NCBI GenBank assembly: GCA_016748015.1
Contig: JAAOMT010000011.1
Span: forward strand, 62,001 to 126,000
From: Geosiphon pyriformis uo1
Lineage: Eukaryota > Fungi > Glomeromycota
Reading direction: 5' to 3'
Length of the DNA stretch: 64,000 bases
Shown here: in pieces, positions 52,684-64,000 of the stretch
Position numbering within the stretch: the first letter of the stretch is position 1
How the letters are laid out: each line of letters opens with the position of its first letter
The notes under the pieces: model-generated
Database searches by the model: none
What the model was told of the DNA's origin: nothing
Seen by the model: only the letters and a program-made list of their open reading frames with translations
Program-made: the position numbers and the translations under genes

Positions 52684-53720
52684 CAATGAAAAAAATTTTT
52701 CTATTATTAAAACAGCTAAACAAAATATTTTGACACTGTTTTTTTTAAATATTAATAATAAAAAACTGTTTTTAGCAGTTTTTAAAGCATTTTTTATCTT
52801 TAACTGATGATTTTTTTTAATCAAAATTTTTTCTAAAAAACATACTCAAATTAATTTTATTTTTATTTTTATTTTTTTTAAGAGTTTTAAAGTATTTAAA
52901 AACAGATCAATTAACAAACTAGTATTTTTTACTATTATTATTAATATTATTATTATCTTTTTGCAAATAGCCAAAAAGATCAAAGAATTAAAAAAATAAT
53001 TATTATTATTTATATTTGCTATTTTTATACTGAATTATTTTGTGGTTTTAAATAAGATCTTAAATAAAAATTTTTAGCAGCAATCAGTTTTTTTTTAATA
53101 TGAACAACAATAATAATAACACATTTTTTATAATAAATTAAGATTAACTATTGGCTGTATTATTAAATATGGTTTTTTAGCAGATTATTATTGGTTTTAA
53201 ATATAAAACAACTTATTAAATTTTCTAATCTTAAGAATTGAATTGATCAAATAAAAATTGAATTAATTTTTGTTCTTTTGTTTTTTGGTATTGTCTTTAG
53301 TAATATTTCGAAAACAATTTTTAGTTATTAAAAATTTTTTGGGTAAATGGCTTCTACTTTAATATTTGATGTTATTTTCAAACTCAAATTAATCTTAATA
53401 AATACTTTATTTTATTTTTTGTCTGGTTTTATTGAACTTAAGTTAATTTTTAAAAACAATATTATGTTGTTTTATGTAAATTTTGCTTTTAAGATTTCTT
53501 TGGTTATTATTATTAAAATTTTTATTGATAGTTTTTTTTTGACTATACTTAAGATTGTAAAATCTTCTATAATAACTTTTGGTTCTCTTTTTTCTATTTT
53601 TATCACACTTTATAATGTTTTTATTAGTATATTTTTTAATAACATAAAAAATACTTTTGGTATTTTTGGTGTTATTATTTTGTTAAATTAAAGTCTACTG
53701 GTTTGTGACAATATATTATT
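52684..53720 (+). repeat. AT-eroded repeat relic, copy 1 (probably LINE ORF1)
   Basis: Colinear with 59040-59950; ORF 53347-53691 aligns with ORF 59656-59919. Confidence 0.65.
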
Positions 53721-55340
53721 GTCAATTTTAAGAGATTTTTTTAAGACCAAATTAATCGATTTTTCTTGGTTGTACTAACTTTAAAATTAATAATATGATT
53801 TCTTAAGTTAGTGGCTATACTTGATTTATTCTTTGTTTTTTGGATTTTTATTATTATTAATGCTTTGTTATTATTACTTTTAAATTTAAAAAAATACTTA
53901 AGCTTGCTATAATAAAAACTAATATTCTGTATAAATATTATATTTGATAGAAAACTCTTAAATATTACTATTACTATAAGTATTAAAGTCTGAATTACTT
54001 GTTTGCTAACTGTATAATATTGTTACAAATTAGAGTAACAAGCTAATAGATAATAAAGAAGAACAAAATTATAGAATAATAGAAATAATTAAAAAAAATT
54101 CAACTTTAAGAAACAAATTAAATAAGTATAGATTCAATATATGAAATTAGTTTTATAAAATATTTTAGTTGTTAATCTTTTTAAAAGATAATTAAAGAAT
54201 CTGAAAGTAGAAAAATAATTCATATTGTTAATAAATAATAACATACTAATATAATTCTATGCTTTATATTGACACTTTTAAAATTTAATATTAGATATTA
54301 AATATATTCTTTAATTATGTTTTATTTAATAATTTTTAAATGTTACAATTAAACAGATCAAAAAAAAGTAAGTAAATACCAACAAGTAATTTTTATTCTA
54401 AAATATTCAAATACTTGAAAGTAAAGAATGGAAAAAAAAAACAAGTAATAAGAAAAAAATTGAATTAATAGATATTGTTTTATTTTTTTGATTTTTTATA
54501 TATATTTTTTTATCTAAAAGACTCATTGTTTATATAGTTATTGAAAATAGTTAATAACCAGATTATTAATTAGATTAATAATTAGATTAATAATTAGATT
54601 AATAATTAAGTTAACAGTCAAATTAATGATCCAGTTATTGATCAGATTAATAATTACTATTTAAAAATAAGATGGCAAATTATATAACATTAGTGGCTAA
54701 TATATATAATAACTAATAAAAATTATGAGTTTCAACTATAATAATATTATTTTTATATTTGTAATTGGCTTTAAGTTTTTTATGTTATTTTTTGTTGATA
54801 AAAAAACTTTTGTTAAGACTTTTGTTTTTTTGGCTCTTCTTTTTGCTGTTTTTTCAGTTTTATTTTTTGTTGATTTTTTAATTAAGTTTAAATTAAATTT
54901 TTTGAAATTTGAAATTTTTAGTTTGATTATTTTAATAAGATTTATTGTTGAGTTTATTAATTATTTTGGTTATTTGTTTTTTAAATAAGCATATTAACAA
55001 AATTTTTTGAATGAAAAAAAATTTGTTTGCTGTAAGTTTTATTGTTAATAAGTTTTTTAAGTTTCTAATTGGTATTTTCAAAGACTTTGTATATTTTAAA
55101 ACTAAAGTTAATTTTAATAAGATAAACTATAATAAAATACCAGTTGTAAAGTTTTTTTTGTTAAGTAAAAATACTATTAAGTATATTATTGCTTTATAAT
55201 ACATATTAAATAATAAGATTAGTAATAGTATTAAAACAACTAAGTTGTTTTTTAATATTTTTAATTTTAATTTTAGAAATTTGAATAGTATTATTAAAAA
55301 AATTGTGAATTAGATTTATTTTTAGCTCTTTTTGTTTTAA

Positions 55341-55429
55341 TATAATATTGTCTTAACTGGTTTGAGTAATTGATTACATATAAAAAGTGCATAATTTATA
55401 TTTAGTTAAGATTATTTAGTTTAATATAT
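55341..55429 (+). repeat. AT-eroded LINE 3' UTR relic, continuing at 58333-58378 beyond LINE-C
   Basis: 55341-55417 aligns without gaps to the reverse complement of 45182-45258. Confidence 0.85.
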
Positions 55430-58322
55430 ATATTTTTTTTTATTATGTTTTATGAGTGAGGTCCAAACACTACCTAAAGCTATATACCAAAGAAATGATA
55501 TAAACTAAGTGTAAATCATGCTTTTCCTACACGTAACCAGCCACTCAGACCAATCAGGACAACACTACACAGTTATATGTACCAAAACAGAATCACCAAC
55601 ACCAGAAAAGAAAGAACAATGTTTACGAAAGCCAAAACAAATACCAAGTAGCCTAACAATGCCAGCCGAAAACCTAGAAGCCGAGCCAGGGACCGAGATA
55701 GAAACTGAACCATCAAGTGGGATGAGATTATTTTTTTTCATAAAAGCACAATGCTTAATCCTAACCAACCAAATATCATTCCTAAAAGCAAAACTAAGGG
55801 AATGCACAAACTCAACAATTTTCGAACTAGCAGCCTTGTGACATTTGAAAACAGAGATAGCTTCACGAAGCCACTCAATAAAAACAAACCCTTTAGAGAG
55901 AGCCGTAAACACAGAAACATCAGAGACACTAGAAGACAGCAATCGCAGCACACAGGAAGAAGAGAAAGACAGGCCAGAAAGCACCATCCAAGATTTTGAA
56001 CATGTATCCAGTATCTGAAGATGTGCAAAGACATCAGCCTTGTAAAAGAAAACATTATCTGATGTCTCCACCTCACCACAATATAAGCACAATACACTGG
56101 AGTATTTTCTGTCATACAAGTGTTTATGAACAGCAGCAGGCAGCCAATGGTGCAATGCCTTCATGAAAAAACTGTGCACATCTGCTGTGGGCTTGCTAGT
56201 GTGGCCAGTGGCCATGTGTGAATCAGGATGCCATACCAGTAAAGAGCAGGACCAATCTACGTCTGCGAACAAACTGGCAGGCAGAAATTTAGAACCAGAA
56301 CCAATCTCCCAGTGCGCATGACTAACAGAATGAAAAATATCGTAAACAAAATGCCTGGAATTGCCAGAAACAGCCCCACCGTCTGCCAACAAGAAGCGCA
56401 CATGCGATTGGAAAGGAAGGAACCAGCCCGAGTGAGAAGAAGCATCAGCTATAGCATCAGCACGTTTATTTCCAACCATACCAGAGTGGCCTTTTACTTT
56501 GTGCCATTCAACCAATAAGTTTCTGCCATGAATAATGTTTATAATATGCAGGCGTTCGACCCAACAACAGTTGTGAAAATCCAGATGCACCAGACCCAAT
56601 TCCGACTTGTAGGCATCCAGAGCAGCTTGACTGTCAAAAAACAAATGAACACAACTAGAATGGGGGACACACTCCAGTGCCAGTGCAATAGCCTGCATTT
56701 CCGCCAACGTAAAAGACAGCAGACCCAAAACTCCAATGCCCAAACCCAGATCAATGTCACTGAAAAAAACACCAGCCCCAGCCATGCAATTCTTGGTACC
56801 TAGGTTTGTCAGAAACCCATCCGTATAAACAGAAATGCTACTAGGAAGTACTTGGGAAAGCTGATCATGAACCAACACAAAGCCAGGAGAGGTGAAAATA
56901 CTCTGAAGACCCATACCAGCCAAAGCAGGAGAAGGGGCATGAGGAGAAGACGTATCAGACAGGAACTTGACAGAAAGCATGAACCACTCAAGAGTTGGGC
57001 CACGGGAGTTCAACCTCTTCTACTGCTTGAATTTGTACCAGTCAAACACGGCTCCATGATGATCACAAAGCTGGTCAACAAAGGCGATGCCATATCGTCG
57101 GAGTGAAGGAAGAAGCTTGACAAATTTAAACTCACCGAGAACGGCAGACATGGGTACCTCACCACAAAGCCAAAATGGACTACCAAAAGACCCACTCAAA
57201 GATAAGTTGCAATCGAGGAGAACACAAATGGCACCCGCTAAGAAGTTATTCAAAGGGCTGACTCGTACACAAACAGGAACACTCAAAGAATGAATAGGGC
57301 ACCAGCTCGAAACCTGTAAGTCATGAGACCTGTGGAAAAACAGGCAACTCAGGATTCCCACTGAGTTTGTAAAACAAATAAGGAAAGCAACCTTACTTTC
57401 CGATTGAATCTGGATAAAAGATTTCAACCCATAGAATGAAGGATGATGGATTGTGTCACTAAGAAAATCAAGAGGCAATCCAGACTTGGATTTCAAGCCT
57501 CTACGAATCAAAGCATCCCACTTATTACACACACTGACAGGAACAAAACTAAACTGAGTTCTATAACCGATGATGGGGTGGAGAACAGCTGACACTAAAT
57601 AAAGAAATTGTTTGTCCAATATGGCCTTTCTTAGAACCAAGTTAATAAAAAAACAAATATCTGAATGGGCTTTTGCCAGGCTGGGCTTTGACAGTTCCTT
57701 AGAAGACACGAAGATACCCAGATAATGATGAGATTTGCCTGGCTTAGCTATAGAAATAGGGGATTCACTGATGAAAAGAGAAGGTGCACTAGCACGGCTA
57801 TTAATTGGAATGGCCACTGTCTTATCATTATTAATTGAAATATCATTGATGCGAAAAAACTCACTAGCCATATCAAGAATGTGTTAAATGGCAGACTGAC
57901 TGCTATCCATCCAGATCGTATTGTCCACAAAAGTGCCTGCAGTGAAGAAAGACGACAAACCAGCCTGAGACTCCACACGGCCTGTCTTAGCAACAAAATA
58001 AGAATTTAACCTGTAACCACACACACTCTCCTGCCTTTTAACTTCGCACAAGAGAGGATCATAAAATATATGCCAAAGAAGAGGCGAAAACACCTTCCCT
58101 TGGTCCAAGCCATCATGTACATGATACCTATCCGTCAATCCAAAATCAGTCATAATTCGGTTTGTACGACCACCATAAATATTACCAAAAAACCTAATAA
58201 ACTGGCAGCACATTTTTATCCTAATCAAACTTTTCTTAAGATGATTCCAACCGACCGAGTCATACGCTTTCCGCATGTCTTGTAAAACCAGCCAGAGCTC
58301 CCGGTTTTTTTCAAGAGCGTCC
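55430..58322 (-). mobile_element. LINE-C: 5'-truncated LINE (RT, RNase H, CCHC, 3' UTR, A-tail) with 10-bp TSD
   Basis: MRKAYDSVGW, YLG, VYTDG, KVKGHSG..GN; 3' UTR homologous to LINE-B; TTTAATATAT at 55420-55429 and 58323-58332. Confidence 0.9.
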
Positions 58323-59039
58323 TTTAATATATTATATTAAATTATAGTTAAGTCTTATTTATTAAATTATAAAAAAATAAAAGAATAAAACAGTTTATAA
58401 TTGTAAAAAAAACAGTATTTTTGTTTTTAATTAAAATAAAATTTTGGTTTTTTTTAATGTTTTTTTTATTTTAATAAATAATAAATTTTTTGACTTAAAT
58501 AATAACAGTAGTAATATATTTGCCAAAATTTAACTTAATATAACAAATTTTAAAAACAAAAAAAATTGTGTCTTAATATAATTTTATTTAATTATATTAT
58601 TATATTATTTATTACGAAAATTAAATTAATAAAATAAAACTAAAATATTTTTTTAAAAAAATTGTTAATTTTAATAATATTATTAATAATTAAAAATTTT
58701 TTGAATAAGTAATTTGCTTTAATACTTAATATTATTATAAAAATTAAATTAACTTATATTAAAACTGTGTTTTAGTTTTTATATAGTCTTATTAATATAA
58801 AAATTAATTATAAAAAATAATATTAAATTAATTAAATTTTTATTTTTTATTACTTTTAAAATTGTAAAATTTTGTTTTATTTTTATTATTATTTTGCTAT
58901 TATTTTTTTTACAATATTTTTTTAATTATTTTTACTAATAATATTAAAAATTATTTTTAATAAAATTTTTAATATTAAATTAAAATATATTAATTTATAA
59001 CAATATATTATTATACAAACAAAAAATAAAAAAGTTTTA

Positions 59040-59950
59040 ACAAGAAAAATTTTTTCTGTTGTAAAAATAATTAAACAAATTAATTTTTTAAATATTAATA
59101 ATAAAAAGCTGTTTTCAATAACTTTTAAAGCATTTTTTTATCTTTAGCTAATAATTTTTTTTCAGTCAAAGTTTTTTTTAAAAAATATATTAAAATTAAT
59201 TTTAATATTATTTTTACTTTTTTTAAAAGTTTTAAAGTTTTTAATAATAATTTAATTAATAAATTAATTTTTTTTGTTCTTATTATTATTATTATTATTA
59301 TTACTATTTTTTTGCAAATATCCAAAAAACCAAAAACTTCAAAAAATATCAACAATTACTTGTATTTATTATTATTATATTAAATTGTTTTGTGATTTTA
59401 AATAAAATTTTAGATAAAATTTCTGTAATAATATTTAGTTTTTTCTTAATATAAATAATAATAATAACAGTATATTTTTTAAAATTTAAATATGTATTTA
59501 AATAATTAATTTATTGAGTTATTTGATTTTAAAAATTGAACCAACTAAATAAAAACATAATTAACAATTTATTTATTTTTAGTATTGTTTCTAATAATGC
59601 TTAAAAAATAATAATTAATTAGCAAAAATCTTTTGAATAAGTAATTTTTATTTTAATGTTTAATATTACTTTTAAAATTAAATTAGTCTTAGTAAATTTT
59701 TTGTTTTATTTACTGTTTAATTTTGTTAAGTTTAAGTTAATTTCAAAAGACAATATTAAGTTATTTTATATAAATTTTGTTTCTAAAACTTTTTTAATTA
59801 TTATTATTGTTAAAGTTTTTATTAATAGTTTTTTTGTTTTGATAATACTTAAGATTATTAAGTTTTTAATAATAATTTTTATTTTTTTTTATTTTGTAAT
59901 ATTTTTTTATATCTGTTAATAATATTAAAAATGTTTTTGGTGTTATTATT
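59040..59950 (+). repeat. AT-eroded repeat relic, copy 2
   Basis: Homologous to 52684-53720 and further depleted in C/G. Confidence 0.65.
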
Positions 59951-62416
59951 CAATAAAAATTAACAAAAATTAAAAATAATATTATTATAATATATTAATT
60001 AATTATTAAATAATAGTATAAATAGCACAAAACAATAATAAAATTAGAAAATATAATATACATAATAGTATATAAAATATACACAAATATATCCAATTTA
60101 ATATAATCATAAACAAGTAAGCCAAAAGGCATTTACAATCAAATAAAAAGCCCAATAGCTTAATAATTACTTACTAATTAATTAAAATAAACACAATTAT
60201 ATATAACTTAAAATATATATATATAGAATAGTTTTCTAATTAAAAAACAAAAAAAAACAAGAAGTTAATTGGACAAAAAAAAAGAAAAAAAAAGAATTAA
60301 ATTATAATTCCAAGAAAAACTAAAAAGTATGTTTTTTTAACTTTGTATTATAATACTTACTAATACTAAAATCAGTAAAATTAAAAATTTTTCTTTTTTA
60401 TAATTTAAGCTTTTAATAAGAATTCTAAAAAAAAGATTGTTTAATCTTTATTGCTATTTTTTATTAATGAAAACAATAAAATACCTAACACAATAATAAA
60501 ATATAAATGAAATCCAAGCTTAACAAAATTAAGAACATGTTAAAAAAATATTAACTATATGTAATTACATAGAATTTATTTGTAATAATATTTTGGCCAA
60601 AATTAACAGTTAATTTAAATATTTAGAATAATCTCTTTATGTCTTGGAAAAATAATTTTTGATCAAGAATATTCTTAAATACCAACTTTATTGACATTCT
60701 ACTTTAATTTTTTCTAAATTTATTAAAAATAAAATACCACTTTATTATAAATAAAAAAATACAAATATTTGGTATTAATACAAAATAAAAAAATATTTCT
60801 GTGAAAGTTTTAAGAAAAAACACAATTAAAAATATAGAAATATGACAAAAATTTTTAAAAAACAAACATAACAAGAGTTATTAACAGCAATTTTAACAAA
60901 AATATTATATAATATATTAAATTAAATAAAAATACATTTATTAAAAAAAATTATTTAATATTTACTAAGAATTAGGAAAAACTCATTAAGCTAATCTTTA
61001 AAATTTTAAATAACTAAATAATAATAATTTATTAAATTAGAACACAGTATTAATTAAACAATACTTATTAAGACTAATATATTTATTAATATATAATTAT
61101 AATATAATTATAATATTATTTAATTTAGAATATTCAAAAAAAATTAACCTAATTCTATTACCAAGTTTGTTTCTATTATAATAACAAAAAAATAACCTAT
61201 AATACTAGTTTTTTTTACTATTATATTTTTTAAATTCTTAATATTAAATATTTTATTAATGCTGTTTTTCTTATTTTTAACTTTGCTGTTTTAGAAATAA
61301 TATATAATTATATTATTATCTTTTAGTACATCTATGACCAAAAAATTTATTAATAAGTTCATAACTTTAGACTTAACAATAAGCTTTTTAGATCTTTTAT
61401 TTGAGTTTTTTAAAGTATAAATATGTATATTTTAATTTTTTTTAATATTAAAATAATTTTTTACTTTAATTTTATTAGTATTTACAATTTTAACTAAAAT
61501 ATTAGCCAGTCTTATAATTATAAATAGATTTGTGTCAAAAGAAATAGTTAAGTATAAAAACAGATAAAAAGTCTTTTTAATTTTATTATAAATAAGAAAT
61601 TAATAAGACAAAAATTTTTTTTTAATATTATTATCATCAATAATTTTTTGAATAATTGTATTTATAAAATAAACACAAAATTTATTTTTAATATCTGATT
61701 TAAAAAAATTTAATTGTTTTAAGCTAATTATATATTATTTATAATATAATTTATATTTAATATATATTTTAAATTACATTTGTAATAATATAAAACAATT
61801 TTTTAAATTAATTAATATTAGATATTATAAAATTAATTAATTAATTATATATTTAACAATTTATTTAATATTTTTAAAATTAATATTTTTTTTAAAAAAT
61901 TTAACAATAGTAATTTAAAATTAATTACATTAATTAAATTTAATCTATATTTAATATGTTTTTTTGTTACAATTTTTTAAAGTTGAATTTATATTGTTTT
62001 TAATTTTTGTCGTTAACATAAATTTATAAATATTAATTTCTATAAAACAAATTTGGTATAACCTGTATTTATTAATTTAAGATTGATTGAATAATAAATA
62101 TTTGAAAATAAATAATTGTTAATTAAAATCTTAAATACAAGGATTTTTATAAATTAAACAAAATTTTTATTGATTATAGTTAATCATTTTATTCATTAAA
62201 GTTAGTTAAAAAACAATTAAAATACATTATCATATGATAATAATGATATAAACGATCATAACGGTAAAACATACATTCTTAATATTTAGGAGTTTAGTTC
62301 TCTAAAGAAATGAAAGTCAAAAAACAACCAATCGTCCAAAATAATAATAAGGAAACCCTTTGCAATTAATAACTCTCTCGCTTAGAGGAATAAAAATAAC
62401 CATTTTTTAAATCATC

Positions 62417-64000
62417 TTAACTAAAATAATGATTGCAAAGAGCCGATTCTTCATCTGTTTCAAACCATTTTATAGTTAAATATCAATAAAAACAATTAAA
62501 ATCATTATTAAAACAAATTTAAAGTGCTTACTGATTTCGTTAATTTTATTAGAACTTAGATAACTTGAGCTATTGGAATATTCCGAATCTGAAAGAAAGC
62601 GTTTAAATTAAAAAAGCTTTTTACCTGTTAAAACAATACTAAATAAAAGACTTACCATATATATTTGAGTTTGATTGACTTCTGTAACTTATCATATCAC
62701 AGGTAACTCTTTTTTTAGGGATAGGTTCCTCTAAGTTACAGTTATCGCGAGCAGCAATAATTCTTTGTTGAAGTTCTTCTGCAGTATCACGACAATAAGG
62801 ATCCTGATGCCAATTTTTTTCAATTATTTCTTGAATCCATTGAGGTGTATGATTTTCGATTGTGGGGCGCTTTCCACAAATTACATCGTACGTAGGATTT
62901 TTAGTATCATTCCAAGGTCTTTCTCCCGAAATTATTTCCCAAGAAATGATGGCAAAAGCGTAAATGTCGCTATATTTGGTATGAGACCATAAGTTAAAAA
63001 TTTCGGGCGCTAGGTATTGGACAAGACCATAAACGTTGCCAGATTGTGGAGAGTCATTGACAGAACGACATAATCCTAGGTCAGCAATGGCCACTTTTAA
63101 GGGGTTTGTTTTTAGAACAAGGATATTTCCAGGATGTAAGTCCCCATGCACCAGTTCTGATTCATGTATAAACCTTAGGCCACTAGCGATTTGAAAAAGA
63201 ATACGAAGAAACATGCCCCAAGTAAGAGTGTTTTTGTTATTCTTGAGAAAAGCTTTAAGGTCCCCGTGCTCCGCAAATGGCAAAACCATAATAAATTCAT
63301 CGGTTATGATATCTTTGGTTATTCCATAGCATTCAAGGATATATTTGCAAGAAGCACTTTTAAGATGCGCAATAAACTATTGAAATCCGTTTTCTAGTGT
63401 TAGAAAGAAAAACCAGATTGACAAAATCACACAGATTTCTTAAAAGGAAATACCTCATCTGAATTAATAAAATCTATTCTTTGGCTATCTTTAAGATATT
63501 TCAAAGCAACTTTTGTAGCGCCACTCCGTTCATGTTTTTGATTTTTCTCGTCCCAAAATAGAATTTTGCCTCTCGCCCAACTACCTTTTTTAACAACACC
63601 AAATCCTCCCTCTCCCACCTTATCTAAAAATTCAATCTCGTTGGGAGAAATCCATTCCAGGCAGCTTCTGGAACTTTCAGACCATGCCTGTGTATAATAT
63701 ATATACTGATCAATATTATTATTTCCACTACTCCATGTTCCCGAACTCTTTGAAAATCTTGAAGATTCACAAGAGTTACACCAAAGTGGATCTTTTATTC
63801 TATCATAGCATTCTGAACATTTCGGCAACCCGGCTTTAAAGTTATCATTACTCTTATCAGTATCACAAAATGGACATATAGGAGATCCAATAATGATTAT
63901 CAAGTTGCCACATCTAAGACACTTGAATTCATCTGAAAGCTGGTCAAAGAAAGCTTCAAAGTCTAAAAATTCTCCTCTAGAATTATTTGGGTTTTTTAAA
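62417..64000 (-). CDS. Tyrosine-kinase-like protein kinase with Cys-rich N-terminal region; 5' end beyond window
   Basis: C..C pairs, WSSGN..ID, LEWI, GEGGFG, VALK, HGDLHPGNIL, IADLGL, YLAPE, SDIYAFAI; two short 3' exons inferred. Confidence 0.9.

Noticed and set aside
53347-55199. F/I/L/K-rich ORFs as mitochondrial insertions or membrane proteins
   Set aside because: No organellar gene motifs; composition is explained by AT erosion, and one has an eroded paralogue at 59656.
45443-57293. Many short antisense or alternate-frame ORFs over the LINEs
   Set aside because: Shadow ORFs of the retroelement coding frames.

Overview
Eukaryotic, intron-rich fungal genomic DNA. The gene and repeat content (secreted class-3 lipase, tyrosine-kinase-like kinase, RNase H-bearing LINEs, U12-type intron) points to Glomeromycotina, probably Geosiphon-like; this is inference, not a database result. 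A core of conserved genes (lipase, PLPBP, AP-2 alpha adaptin, OLE1-type desaturase, TANGO2, ALE1-type MBOAT, PCT1, Mba1/Tim44-like, SEC63, EAF7, TKL kinase) lies between two nested-retrotransposon blocks (1-10.3 kb and 44.4-62.2 kb). Highlights: (1) a decayed IS607-type element at ~34.3-36.3 kb carrying a serine-recombinase TnpA plus a TnpB/Fanzor2-type RNA-guided nuclease, inserted upstream of PCT1; (2) in-window evidence of one-directional C>T/G>A erosion of repeats in all dinucleotide contexts (RIP-like); (3) four consecutive membrane-lipid-related genes (OLE1, TANGO2, ALE1, PCT1); (4) a U12-type intron and a GC-AG intron in a head-to-head gene pair; (5) a secreted lipase apparently lacking its catalytic His; (6) one LTR family inserted twice into LINE ORF1. 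Exon boundaries were read by eye, so multi-exon coordinates are gene spans.
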